A stretch of 64,000 bases of DNA from Pristiophorus japonicus. Taxonomy: Eukaryota. Shown one piece after another: positions 13,657-25,786 of the stretch (positions are counted from its first letter, which is position 1; every line of letters begins with the position of its first letter). The stretch lies in assembly GCF_044704955.1 (NCBI RefSeq), contig NC_091982.1:157294001-157358000 (forward strand), in the 5' to 3' direction. The notes beneath the pieces were generated by a model, which saw nothing but the letters and a program-made list of their open reading frames with translations, had not been told where the DNA came from and made no database searches. A program made the position numbers and the translations under genes.

Positions 13657-15130
13657 TATGTAGGCACCTCATAATTTTATATCCCTCAATCAAGTCTCCC
13701 CTCAGCCTCCTCTGTTCCAAAGAAAACAACCCCAGCCTATCCAATCTTTCCTCATAGCTAAAATTATCCAGTCCTAGCAACATCCTCGTAAATCTCCTCT
13801 GTATCTTCTCTCGTGCAATCACATCCTTCCTGTAATTTAATGTGACCAGAACTGTACACAGTATTCTAGTTGTGGCCTAACTAGTGTTTTGTACAGTTCA
13901 AGCATAACCTACTGCAAAAGGCTCACAGGCTTTCAGGGATGGGGAGCCTGGGGCGGCAGCAGACCACATTATTCTTGTGGAGCTCCTGCTCCACTTACCT
14001 TTTTGGGTGTCTTCTGCTGTACCGCCAGGTCCCACGGCTCATGCTCCGCCCATTATGTACACAATAGGAGCCCCTATTTGCAGACAGTATTTAAGCTCCC
14101 CCTCTGATTTAGGCAGGCACACCGGCTGCCCAGCATAAGACCTCAGGAAAAATGGCTCGAGTGGGAACGGGGCAGTAAGTTAACCACCACAATTTTTAAC
14201 TCTGCTACCACCCTGTTTCTAGAGGGCAGAGGGAGTTAAAATCCCCCCCTCCCGCTGAAGAAAAATACTGATAAACATTGAATTTGGAGTAAAGGAAAGA
14301 TTATTAATAATAATGCACACCTAAAGCATCCCCAAAAACACTCAACCTCCAAAACATCAAAGTTACCCCCCAAAAAGTCAATCCCCCCGCCCAAATCATT
14401 GAGCCCTCCTCAAAAAACACCAACCCAAAAAAAATCAAATCGCATCTTTAGCCTTCAGTTGTAGAGATTTGTCCACCAAGACCTCCGATTGGAAACCTGG
14501 TTGTCAGAAGCACTGAAGGCTGAAACTTAGGCCTCTGTGCCCATATAGAATACAGACTGAATACAAGTGCTTCACAAAAAATAATCCACTCCTGTTGTGT
14601 TGAACGAACTCTGATGAGGTCTGTAACATGCTATGATTATTTATCCCTGCGCTCCGACACTCAACGTGTGCCCTCCATAGATTTTTTTTAAGTTGAGAAA
14701 CCGAGGTAAAGGGCTAAGGCCCAAACAGAAGATATGGTAGATCAGGACGTAGTGATTAGGTGACACCAAACTTGGGTTTTGTAAGTCTAAAGATTTAACT
14801 TTACTTTAAGATGTTTAAAAATGTTTTAAGCATCTTTTGGGCATGTTGATTGCTGACATCATGCAGAGCATAAACACCAGCATAGATCAGTTTGGCAAAA
14901 TGGCCTTATCCTATGCTGTAAATTCTATGTAAATCAGAAGCCACCACTGCTTGGACTTCAGATATCTCGCAGGCAGGATCTGCAAAATATCAGTTAGCAT
15001 TAAGCCAGGATGCACTTGGGTACTGTGTAATGTAGTGTGGAATGTGTATTACCTGTGTAAAATCCTGTTCTCAGTACAATATGGAAATGATAAGGGAAAG
15101 TAAAGACTCTCACAGTCATGTAGCTTCTTC

Positions 15131-16186
15131 TTACAGCGGCCTTACTTGAGCTATGGCCTTCAAAATGAAGAACGATCGGATTGTGTTTGTGATTTCTCGA
15201 TATCTCAGCCCATAGACATAAGGGCTGACTGCCTTTGGTAACATCAGTATATTATTTACCATCACAATGATCCAGACTGCTGACTGCAACCTAATCGAGT
15301 GCATCTCATAAAGCACTCCCCCTGCTACCAGCAACACCAGAGGTGAGAAGTAAACAATTAACAACACTGAATGGATGAGATAGGTCTGCCTTGCCCTTGA
15401 GTTTCTAGCCCATATCCCCGATGTCCTAGTTTTGCAGTATAACATGACATAGAAACTTGAGATCAGTACTAAACATATTAGAAAATAGAGTACTACAATA
15501 CCATAAGAACTTTTCAACAAAAATGTTCCAAGTGGAGTGGACAAAAACACTAAAGGCCCTGTACACATCGATAACAGGGAGAATGGATTCTCTTGTGTCC
15601 CCAGTATTATTATGAACAGGACAGAAGAAAAGCTGACAGAGAGAATCCATATGCAGGCGATGATCTTAATGGTCCTGGAATGTTGTAAAAGTGAGGTATA
15701 GCGAAGGGGCCAACTAATTGCCACGTAAGTGTCCACCACTGTGGCAGTGATTGTCAGAATCCCGTTAGAATAAGCCACCGTTAGCAAGAACAAGAGTGTT
15801 TCACAAACTACTTTAGGCATTCCTACACCTGCTGCATTAAGGACGGCAATGAAGGTGTTCAGTACTGAATAAATCAAATCATTAACCAAAGTGTTGGCAA
15901 GTAGCAGATACCTGGTCTCCCGACGAAGGCTGTTGTTCGAAAAGATGGCCAGCAGGACTAGAGGAGCGGCCAACAGAGAGGCAAAGAGACAGATTACAGG
16001 AGGAATAACTAAACCATCCATTCCCCAGTGTGGCATATTGCGAAACCATTCCTGCACCAGGTTATATAGGACACGGCGTTCTGCAAGATGGGAGGCATTT
16101 GTAGAGAATTGCACAGTGATGATTTCTTGCCCCAGAGGAGACATCTCATTGTAGGAATCACAATTTTCACATTTAGATAAATTCAT
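15131..16186 (-). CDS. GPR148-like orphan GPCR, paralogue B (single ORF, 351 aa from first ATG)
   Basis: Seven hydrophobic segments; LRRETRYLLLANTLVNDL (ICL1/TM2), VVCE (TM3 Cys), VVDTYVAISWPLRY, KTRTSGIW..SRAR.TYLIHSVL, MLPKAVSPYVYGLRYRE; N-terminal sequons NLS, NAS. Track start 16210 is GTG; first ATG is 16186. Confidence 0.9.
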   Translation of the reverse strand: MNLSKCENCDSYNEMSPLGQEIITVQFSTNASHLAERRVLYNLVQEWFRNMPHWGMDGLVIPPVICLFASLLAAPLVLLAIFSNNSLRRETRYLLLANTLVNDLIYSVLNTFIAVLNAAGVGMPKVVCETLLFLLTVAYSNGILTITATVVDTYVAISWPLRYTSLLQHSRTIKIIACIWILSVSFSSVLFIIILGTQENPFSLLSMCTGPLVFLSTPLGTFLLKSSYGIVVLYFLICLVLISSFYVMLYCKTRTSGIWARNSRARQTYLIHSVLLIVYFSPLVLLVAGGVLYEMHSIRLQSAVWIIVMVNNILMLPKAVSPYVYGLRYREITNTIRSFFILKAIAQVRPL

Positions 16187-17029
16187 TCTGTGCTGCTTAA
16201 AGAAGTTCACGATTCCGAGGATTTGTGTCTGCCTGTATCCAGTGTAGCAATGGTTTCCAAATTCGTCAACCTACTTAATGCTCTGACTTTGGCTAAAGCT
16301 TTTCTTCTGGGTATTTGCTACAGGGTTACTGCAGATTATCTCTGCAGTCAGGTACAGGCAATGCTGTAAACTCTCCAAACATGAAGAAAACAAATCCTTC
16401 TGTACAAATTGTCAGGAACCACTCAGTTTCTGCGTGAGACACAAATCTAGCTTCAAAATATTGCCCTGTTTAGTTCACAGGATCATGTACGGAGAAGACA
16501 ATTCTGCAGAAGCTGAAGACAGCAAAGAGGTCAGACTTATCCCAGTGCCACCCAAAGCCATTCCATCTACATACCGAGCGTCATCGTCCTCTTGTGAACA
16601 TCATTGATTGCGATCCTTACTGAGAATGGGCAAATCCTCATGGAGAGAACAGCACCAGATCTGTCGCTCTCACTTGTGCAGAGATTCACTGCAACTCATT
16701 GCTGTGTTTTCCCTCCTCTGCGATATTATCTTTGACTAACTGTTTGATTTGATACTTCAGTGAACACACACAATACATGGCCAATCCCAATGAACAATAT
16801 GTTGTGTTTACCCAGGCCAGCCTGTGAATGGACATTATTTGGTTCAGGACCCATTGATAAAAGAAATTTGCCACAAATATAAACTAGCATAATTAGTTCT
16901 ATGAGCAGGCTACAATTTTGCAATTTCAGAACCAACTTGTGCAAGAACATCTCATCAGGTGACCGATTAATGACATGCACAAGCTGGATAAACCCTGGTG
17001 TAAAAACTCGATTGTGCCCGAAAACAGGC

Positions 17030-17625
17030 GCAGGTTGAGAGGTACGGTAAGTACTGCAGATGGGAGCAGGAAGTTACAAAGGGATATAGACAGATTAATT
17101 GAGTAGGCAAAACTGTGGCAAATGGAGTTCAATGTGGGGAAGTGTGAGGTCAAGGGTTACGGGGATAGTGCAGGAAAGTGAAGTTGAGGTAGAAGATCAG
17201 TCATGATCTCATTGAAGGGCGGAGCAGGCTCGAGGGGCCAAATGGCCTACTCCTGCTCCTAATTCTTATGTTTTTATGTCATCCAGTTTGGACCCAAGAA
17301 GGTCAAATCAGAATATTGTCAAATGGTGAGAAACTAGGAACTGTGAAGGAGCAAAGAGATTTTGGTGTCCAGGTACACAAATCACTAAAAGCTGTCAAAA
17401 AGAAATCAAAAAGGCTAATGGAACATTGACCTTTATCTCAAGGGGGCTGAAATACAATGGCGGAGGAAGTGATGCTTCAGTTTTACAGCGCCTTGGTCAG
17501 ACCCCATCTGGTGCACTGTGTTCAGTTCTGGGCACTGCACCTGGCCTTAGAGATGTTTAGCGTAGATTCAGCAGAATTATACCATGGGTTAAAGGGTTAA
17601 ATTATGAGGACAAGTTGCATTAAAA
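17030..17625 (+). mobile_element. Decayed CR1 RT fragment with a nested CR1 3' tail (about 17150-17278)
   Basis: TGTGAGGTCA..GTCATCCAGTTTGG continuity across an inserted tail ending TTCTTATGTTTTTATG. Confidence 0.7.
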
Positions 17626-18912
17626 AAATCACAAAGCATTCAGGGTAATATTTGAGAACTGAGATGCTGCCTCTTTGATGCTCATCGACTGAGGAATCAG
17701 GTGCACAGATGGCGCAGTGGATGGCTTATCTTCATTGCGTGGACTGAAAATGACTAATGCAGACATACCTTGTGTACCAGAGTAGCTGTGTAAACAGCTC
17801 TAAGTGAGAAACTTCTTAATTGCAGACAAATTAATGTGCTTCGGTGATGCAGAACCAGCTGACTGAAATTATTCACTGTGCCAGGTGACTGTGACTCTTC
17901 CACTGAATGGTCAATTTATTGGGTAGATCTTTATGCTGTTTATAAAGTGTTCCACGCAGCAGCCCCCACAGCGCCAACACAATCCAAGACCCTTAGAATG
18001 AGAGGGAGGTGTTTCTGGTCAAAACAATCACTTATTTATGTCCATTTTGTTTAAACGGCAACATTTCTAAGTGCCTTTTATACTTGTCCACAGTGTCGGT
18101 GCTCTAACATGCAGAGCCCTGGATTGCAAGATAGATATTCTACCAGCAGGTAACCAGTGCTGCCCTTAATTCCTCTTTAATTCTGGTTACTTTTCTGTGG
18201 GAAATAATCAAATATTCTGCAATGCAGGGGCAGACTGAGTCAAACGAGCACTGCCTCCTGTAGTGGGGAAGAACTCGGTAACAGGTACCGAAGAGCAGAG
18301 CACCCTGAAGGTCAGAGTATGATTTAGAGGGTTGGTGACCATAGCCGTATACCACAATGACTCACTAGCTAGTGCTCAGGGTCCAGGAGTGGTTGCTGTG
18401 ACCTAGAAACCTGGGATGAGCGGTGTGCTGCCATTGATGCAAGCAAGTTCCAGTCCATCGGGTTCTTTAAATCCTCACATTGAGTTGATCTCAGGAATTT
18501 GTTGAATGTTAAACTTTTTTTTTAATCAACTTCTTTGGTTAGCTGCTTCAGTGGCCTAATGCAGGCCCAAACAAATGCCCTGGTCCCAAGCAGGCCCCAA
18601 GTTCTGGTAGCTCCATCCTATTTGTGCATGTCTTCTCTAATTATAATCTTGTGTACTTAGAGGTTTGAAAAGGGTTGTTCTTCGCACGGTTGCCTCGTTG
18701 CTGGATAAATCCCAAATCAGAATGAGATACTTTATTATCAACAACTTAAGATGTAAATTAATGCAGCATGAATTTAAACTTTATAGAATTTTGGCCTCTA
18801 AGACACCAAGGTACCATGGCAGTCCATGAAGGCAGAAAACTTGGACATCGCCTGGTTTAGTACTAAGTGATACAGATCAGAAGACCCCAGCTCCAGTCTC
18901 TCGCCAGTGCTG

Positions 18913-19835
18913 TGTAGGGTGTTCATTTTCCACTCTACTTTGATTCATAGATCTCGGGAATTACAGGAAGGACTCCACGTAACGCAAAGTTTAGGCTTAA
19001 ACCCAACTTAGTTTATTACACAAAAACCAACCAAAAATTACAGAACTAGACTTCTTAGAGATTGATCGAAGACATACAATCACCCATCCAGCCAGTTGCT
19101 GCTGTTGTCGATTGTAGGCTCGTGGAGCTCGGGAAGATGTTGAGTCCCAGCTGCATGCTTCTCTGCTTGTCTCTCCTCCTGCTTCTGTTTCCTTCTCATC
19201 GTCTCTCTCTTCTTGGTCTTCTTTCCGTTGTTCCCCTTCGTGGTCGTTGAACCTTTGACCTGTCATTCTGAGGTGTTGTTCGATCTGTTGTTCTGAGGTG
19301 TTTTACTTCAGTGAGCTCCTTCATATATATCCATTTGATTATACAAGTTTCCTGCTGAGCTGCTTCTAGTTGATGCGTCTGGATGAGTCTTGATGGCTGT
19401 GATGATGGGTCTGGGTCTGTTCAGATGGTCACAATTCGCACCTCGTTAACTGTTGCTTCCACCACTCTGTGCATGGAATCAGCAGGGCAAAAGATAACTC
19501 CTTATCTTTTGTGCCTCGCTATCCAAAAATGCACGCCTTGTGGGATCTTTGTGGTCCTGGTTTTCGCAGACTTGTAGTCTCCAAAGGGAACTGTTTTTTC
19601 CCCTCTGGCCAATTAATCCATGGGCTTCTCTGCTTGATTTGATCAAAACCCTTTGTCTCAATGTTAATCAGAACTCGCTCCTGACCGCAGAAATTGTATT
19701 AAACAGTTATGAGTCACCACCTGCCCCAGGCTGGTGCTCTTTCTCCCACCTAACAGTCCCACGGGTTTTTGTTTTAAACCATTTTAGTCCGTGGCCTCTT
19801 GCTGTGCCTTGATCACGAAACGTGTAACCCTTATA
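18913..19835 (-). mobile_element. Solo LTR (923 bp) inserted in a SINE remnant
   Basis: Termini TGTAGGG...CCCTTATA (decayed TG..CA inverted ends); 4-bp TSD GCTG (18909-12, 19836-39); on minus strand TATA-like 19324-30 then AATAAA 19012-17. Confidence 0.72.
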
Positions 19836-20149
19836 GCTGCGATCACTCATCTCAGCTGGGGTTGCAGTGGGGATGCAATAACTAGCCTCAGTTTCCCCAG
19901 ACTCGAGAGGGGAAAATGAGCCAGGGCTCCCCCTCGTGACCACAATCCCGTGATCCCTATTGGGACGCAAGTGTGGGTGGGCGGCAGGTAAGAACGGGAG
20001 CTGCTGACCCTCACTGCCTTGATTCACAGTTGAAGAATGGCTCCTCGGGCAGGGAAATCAGAGGCCCGTGAATCCAGCAGCAATCGTGAACATTCAAAGT
20101 TTGCACCATCTGTAATTGATGTGATAGGTCTGCTGAAAGAACTGACCAT

Positions 20150-20455
20150 AACTACAGGCCATCAATATAAGACAGCCACCAAGAAATCCAATAGGGAATT
20201 CAGAAGAAACCTCTTTACCCAAAGAGTGGTGAGTATGTGGAACTCGCTACCACAGGGAGTGGTTGAAGCAAATAGTATAGATGCATTTAAGGGACGGCTA
20301 GACAATCATATGAGGGAGAAGGGAACAGAGGGTTATGCTGATAGAGTTAGATGAGGAAAGACGGGAGGAAGCTCGAGTGAAACATAAACGCTGGCATGGA
20401 CTGGTTGGGCCGAATGACCGGTTTCTGTGCCATATAACCTATGTAATCCTATGTA
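20150..20455 (+). mobile_element. CR1-type LINE 3' end
   Basis: FRRNLFTQRVVSMWNSLPQGVVEA in ORF 20037-20354; CCTATGTAAT tail repeats. Confidence 0.8.
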
Positions 20456-20905
20456 AACTATGGGGTCATTTACCGCATTTGTGCGGCTGGCGGTGAGCCT
20501 CAAATCAAATGTTAGAAAACTGCGGCTAGCACGTCCGTAATTTCCCATTCTGGGCGCTCGTGGGCGAGGCTCGCCTCTGGCAGCTCAAACACTTTAATAT
20601 CATTTCCCCCCTCTCCCGCCCCCCCCCCTCCCTCCCCCCGCAAAAAAAATGGCTGTGGATGCTGGGATAATTGGAGCTTTCAAGACTGAGATCGATAGTA
20701 TTTTTGTTTTGCAAGACTTTCAAGGGATATGGAGCAAACGCGGGAAAATGGAGTTGAGATGCAGATCAGCCATAATCAACTGACTGACGGAGCAGGCCCG
20801 AGGGGCTGAATGGCTGACTCCTGCACCTATGTGCCTTTGACTAATTTTACTGACATAATTAATGGCAAATTACTCAAGTGCTCCGAGCAAGCACACTATT
20901 TTTAT

Positions 20906-21029
20906 GGGGGTAAAATTTGTCTTGGGTGACATTGAAGTCAATACAAAAGGAAATCAGGTGGAGTGTAAAATGGGTTGCGGATCTGCTCTCACCCATTTTA
21001 CGCTATCACCCACGACAAATGTCACCCCC
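20906..21029. mobile_element. 124-bp MITE
   Basis: TIRs GGGGGTAAAATTTGTC / GACAAATGTCACCCCC; internal hairpin GTAAAATGGGT...ACCCATTTTAC. Confidence 0.6.
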
Positions 21030-21364
21030 ATTGTGTTTTTTTAGTGAGTTTATTATATCCCCTCAACACCATGGACATATCCAGTCAGAGACACTGTACA
21101 CACTGGAATCCTGCTCCTAGCTCTCTACCAATGTTGCTTCTTAATTTCCCCACTGGGAGTTCATTGAATGTGAGTCAAGAAAATGTACATCGCTTCTTTA
21201 TTTTTCCCTCGCTGAGCCTCGAGATACTGAGGCAGACGTGCCACTGCTACCCCCAGCCGAGATCAGCACAGACCTGCGATTGAACTTCTCACTTTCCTGG
21301 TCTGTACAGCTCAATACCACACCAGGCAATTTATTTCTTCATTGAGCCATCGACAGCCCTGCAC

Positions 21365-23783
21365 ATGCTTGAACTGTATAAAACACTAGTTAGGCCACAG
21401 CTAGAGTACTGCGTGCAGTTCTGGTCACCACATTACAAGAAAGATGTGATTGCACTAGAGAGGGTACAAAGGAGATTTATGAGGATGTTGCCTGGACTTA
21501 AGAACTTTAGCTATGAGAAAAGATTGGATAGGCTGGGTTTGTTTTCTTTGGAACAGAGGAGGCTGAGGGAAGAAACATAGAAATATAGAAAAATAGGTGC
21601 AGGAGTAGGCCATTCGGCCCTTCAAGCCTGCACCACCATTCAATAAGATCATGGCTGATCATTCCTTCAGTACCCCTTTCCTGCTTTCTCTCCATACCCC
21701 TTGATCCCCTTAACCGTAAGAGCCATATCTAACTCCCTCTTGAATATATCCAGTGAATTGGTATCAACAACTCTCTGCAGCAGGGAATTCCACAGGTTAA
21801 CAACTCTCTGAGTGAAGAAGTTTATCCTCATCTCAGTCCTATATGGCCTACCCCTTATCCTAAGACTATGTCCCTTGGTTCTGGACATCCCCAACATCGG
21901 TAACATTCTTCCCGCATCTAACCTGTTCAGTCCTGTCAGAATCTTATATGTTTCTATGCGATCCCCTCTCATCCTCCTAAACTCCAGTGAATAAAGGCCC
22001 AGTTGATCCAGTCTCTCCTCATATGACAGCCCAGCCATCCCTGGAATCAGTCTGGTGAACCTTCGCTGCACTCCCTCAATAGCAAGAATGTCCTTCCTCA
22101 GACTAGGAGACCAGAACTGAACACAATATTCCAGGTGAGGCCTCACTAAGGCCCTGTACAACTGCAGTAAGACCTCCCTGCTTCTATACTCAAATCCCCT
22201 AGCTATGAAGGGCAACATACCATTTGCCTTCTTTACCGCCTGCTGTACCTGCCTGCCCACTTTCAGTGACTGATGAACAATGACACCCAGGTCTCGTTGT
22301 ACCTCCCCTTTTCCTAGTCTGCCGCCATTCAGATAATATTCTGCCTTTGTGTTTTTGCCCCCAAAATGGATAACCACACATTTATCCACATCATACTGCA
22401 TCTGCCATGCATTTGCCCACTCATCTAACCTGTCCAAGTCACCCTGCAGCCTCTTAGTGTCCTCCTCACAGCTCACTCCGCCACCCAGTTTAGTGTCATC
22501 TGCAAACTTGGAGATATTACACTCAATTCCTTCATCCAAATCGTTAATGTATATTGTAAAGAGCTGGGGTCCCAGCACTGAGCCCTGCGGCACTCCACTA
22601 GTCACTGCCTGCCATTCTGAAAAGGACCCGTTTATCCCGACTCTCTGCTTCCTGTCTGCCAACCAGTTCCCTATCCACGTCAGTATATTGCCCCCAATAC
22701 CATGTGCTTTGATTTTGCACAACAATCCCTTGTGCGGTATCTTGTCAAAAGCCTTCTGAAAGTCCAAATACACCACATCCACTGGTTCTCCCTTGTCCAC
22801 TCTGCTAGTTACATCCTCAAAAAATTCCAGAAGATTCATCAAGCATGATTTCCCTTTCATAAATCCATGTTGACTTGATCCGATCCTGTCACCGCTTTCC
22901 AAATGCGCTGCTATTTCGTCCTTCATGATCGATTCCAACATTTTCCCCACTACTGATGTCAAGCTAACCGGTCTATAATTACCCATTTTCTCTCTCCCTC
23001 ATTTTTTAAAAAGTGGTGTTACATTAGCTACCCTCCAGTCCATGGGAACTGATCCAGAGTCAATAGTCTGTTGGAAAATGATCACCAATGCATCCACTAT
23101 TTCTAGGGCCACTTCCTTGAGCACTCTGGGATGCAGACTATCAGGCCCCGGGGAATTATCCGGCTTCAATCCCATCAATTTCCCTAATATAATTTCCCGC
23201 CTAATAATGATATCCTTCAGTTCCTCCTTCTCACTAGACCCACTGTCCCCTAGTACCTTCGGAAGGTTATTTGTATCTTCCTTCGTGAAGACAGAACCGA
23301 AGTATTGGTTCAATTGGTCAGCCATTTCTTTGTTCCCCATTATAATTTCACCTGAATCTGACTGCAAGGGATCTACGTTTGTCTTTACTAATCTTTTTCT
23401 TAAGGAAGACCTTACTGAGGTGTAGAAAATTATGAGGGGCCTAGATAGAGTGGATAGGAAGGACCTATTTCCCTTCGCCGAGGTCAACAAGCAGGGGGCA
23501 TGGATTTAAAGTAATTGGTAGAAGGTTTAGAGGGGATTTGAGGGGAAATTTCTTCACCCAGAGGGTGGTGGGGATCTGAAACTCACTGCCTGAAAGGGTG
23601 GTAGAGGCAGAAACCCTCACCACCTTTAAAAAGTACTTGGATGTGCACTTGAAGTGCCATAACCTACAGGGCTACGGACCAAGAGCTGGAAAGTGGGATT
23701 AGGCTGGATAGTTCTTTGTCGGCCAGCGCAGACATGGTGGGCCAAAATGGCCTCCTTACATGCTGTAAATTTCAATGATTCTA
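21365..23783 (+). mobile_element. CR1 3' fragment (21365-21572 and 23401-23783) split by an antisense CR1 insertion
   Basis: LEQRRLR.. continues as GAAGACCTTACTGAGGTG after the insert; GGAAGA on both sides. Confidence 0.8.
21573..23400 (-). mobile_element. Young 5'-truncated CR1 LINE with open RT domain (439-aa ORF 21667-22986)
   Basis: NYRPVSLTSVVGK, YLDFQKAFDK, GVPQGSVLGP, FADDTK; tail AACATAGAAATATAGAAA on plus strand. Confidence 0.95.
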
Positions 23784-24724
23784 CCTCAATCTGAATGGAT
23801 TCCAGGTTCAGAATCCCAGATCGAACTAATGTGTCTTTTGCCTCTGATATAAATCTAGTCTCTTTGAAAATTGTCCTTAACAGACAAATCCCATGTACCG
23901 TCTTTTCTAGTCATTACAGTTTCCCAGTTTACTATAGTGGACCAAGGAATGTAAGAAGAATGCACTGAGAATGCCATCAGCAGTACTTTCCAAGCTGTTA
24001 TCTGTTATTTTCTCCCTGTGAATCATTTAACAGGTTCTTTTCGACATGTTTCTAGTTCATGTTGTCAAACACCATCTTCACCAAAGTTGTGCAAATTGGT
24101 ACAAGTAAGGATTTAGTTGTTGACCATTTGCAAAATCAGCAATTATTCTGATCCTACCATTCAGCAGGCTGATCAGTTTAAACCGCCACATTTACCAGGA
24201 ATCTGCTGCAGATTCCCAGCTCTTTCCCAAACTAGTTACCTCTCCAGTGATGCTTGGCTGATGGGCTAAATGTAATATAAATTCCCTCTGCTCCTTCCCC
24301 AACTCTCAGTGGCCAAGAATCTGGTTGTCCACCCCACACCAGACTTCAGCCACAAATCACAGTCACTACTTCATCACGAGTGTACATGGCAGTACAGAAT
24401 GCTCACAGCCAGGGTATCTTCTGCCTCTGCTGTGCCATTTGCTTTAAAAGGACAGGCTAACTTCTATCCAAAATAGGCAAAATTTAAGGGCTCCCCAATG
24501 AACCAAAAATTGGCGAGGTTGTGTTTGAAATCCAGGTCTGATCTCGTCACTACGACCTTTTGGTACTGCAGGTTAAGAGCTTTCAATCTGGTGCACGAGA
24601 GAATCTTGCCTTTATGTGATGAAGTTAAGAGTACTATGCTGGCCCCATAAGTATAAGAGTACAGTTGCTTCAGGCACAACACACCATATGTACAGCACAT
24701 AGCAGAGATTCTGCTAGATTATCA

Positions 24725-24860
24725 GCTTGAAATTTCTTCGAAGCTGCTCCTGTGCCACCGCTGTAACTTCGGCGGAAGTGCAGTGTAAACAGGGTTTCCA
24801 CTCGACTTCTGGTTAAGTTACAGTGGTGGAACAGGAGCAGCATAAGGAAATTGCGCGCCT
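24725..24860. mobile_element. Palindromic MITE-like element
   Basis: GCTGCTCCTGTGCCACCGCTGTAACTT..GAAGT mirrored by ACTTC..AAGTTACAGTGGTGGAACAGGAGCAGC. Confidence 0.6.
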
Positions 24861-25786
24861 CTGTCAACAGTAACTCTGACACAGGACACTGGGAAGTTAA
24901 GGATAGAGGTGGTTGATTTTAGCGGGTGAACATTTGGCATGTTTGGATGACATTCCACGGTCTGCTACTTTGACAAAGGATAATCCTCATAGTTAAGATT
25001 GTTTATCACCTCAGCTAAAATAGTCAACAGGAATGTCATATGAAGGCATTAAGCATTTTCCCACTGATATTGCTAATAGTGATCTCTTGGCTTTGGTTTG
25101 CCTTCCTTCGCAGTGAAATTCAAAGTGTCAATGAACTCCAAGGGCCCAAGTCTTCTTTCTGTTGTTCGAAGGTAAGAAAAATGGCACTGCAAGGAATCAT
25201 TACCAGGGGGTTACAAAGGATATTTTTAGACATTCTCAGAAAAAGAAATAATCAGATAAATTAACAGGTAATAAATAAATGTGTTTGTTAAACAAACAGA
25301 AAGTCATTGTTGTCATGAGCCACCTGCCAGAGTTTGTGTAACTCATTAGGAAAAGTGGAATGTGTGCATTAGCTTTGTTGACTACTGCCATCTGTTCATT
25401 GCCATGCACCAACCATGAAACAAAAATACATCAGTTGCAACGATTTGGAGAGCGACACTTGCTCAGACGTTTCAGAGAGACGCAGGGAGGAGATTTGAGC
25501 TTGAAGTAGATATCGGGCTTCCATGCTGTTACATTCAGGGGCCACAGTGACAGTGTGCACAGGATATGGGCAATCTGGATTTCGAGGGCAGGTAACAGGA
25601 GAGGTGCACTGTCAAACAATGTAAACTTAAACAACTGTTTCCTGTGGGAAAGATCCGCAATGTGATCTTGAGGTTCATCTGGGAAAAATGATGGAACTGA
25701 ATAAACTTTTGGAAAGAAAAGAAGGGATTCTAATTATTGTTCCAGAGGATGAAGTTGATTTGTGAATCTTCACTAAAAGCAGCAAG

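Larger units (their letters stand above)
11375..13910 (-). mobile_element. CR1-type LINE 3' fragment interrupted by a DNA transposon at 11713-13656
   Basis: FFTQRVLQVWNSLPERVVE (11433-11642) and NFSYEERLDRLGLFSLEQRRLRGDLIE (13637-13822) join across the insert. Confidence 0.85.

Noticed and set aside
16187-16210. ORF-track N-terminal extension of receptor B
   Set aside because: Begins at GTG; first in-frame ATG is 16186.
18845-18912. Possible tRNA gene
   Set aside because: Only a decayed SINE-head-like sequence interrupted by the LTR; no cloverleaf.
21667-22986. Reverse transcriptase as part of a retron/DGR-like or domesticated system
   Set aside because: Ordinary 5'-truncated CR1 with 3' tail, nested in another LINE; many near-identical copies in the window.
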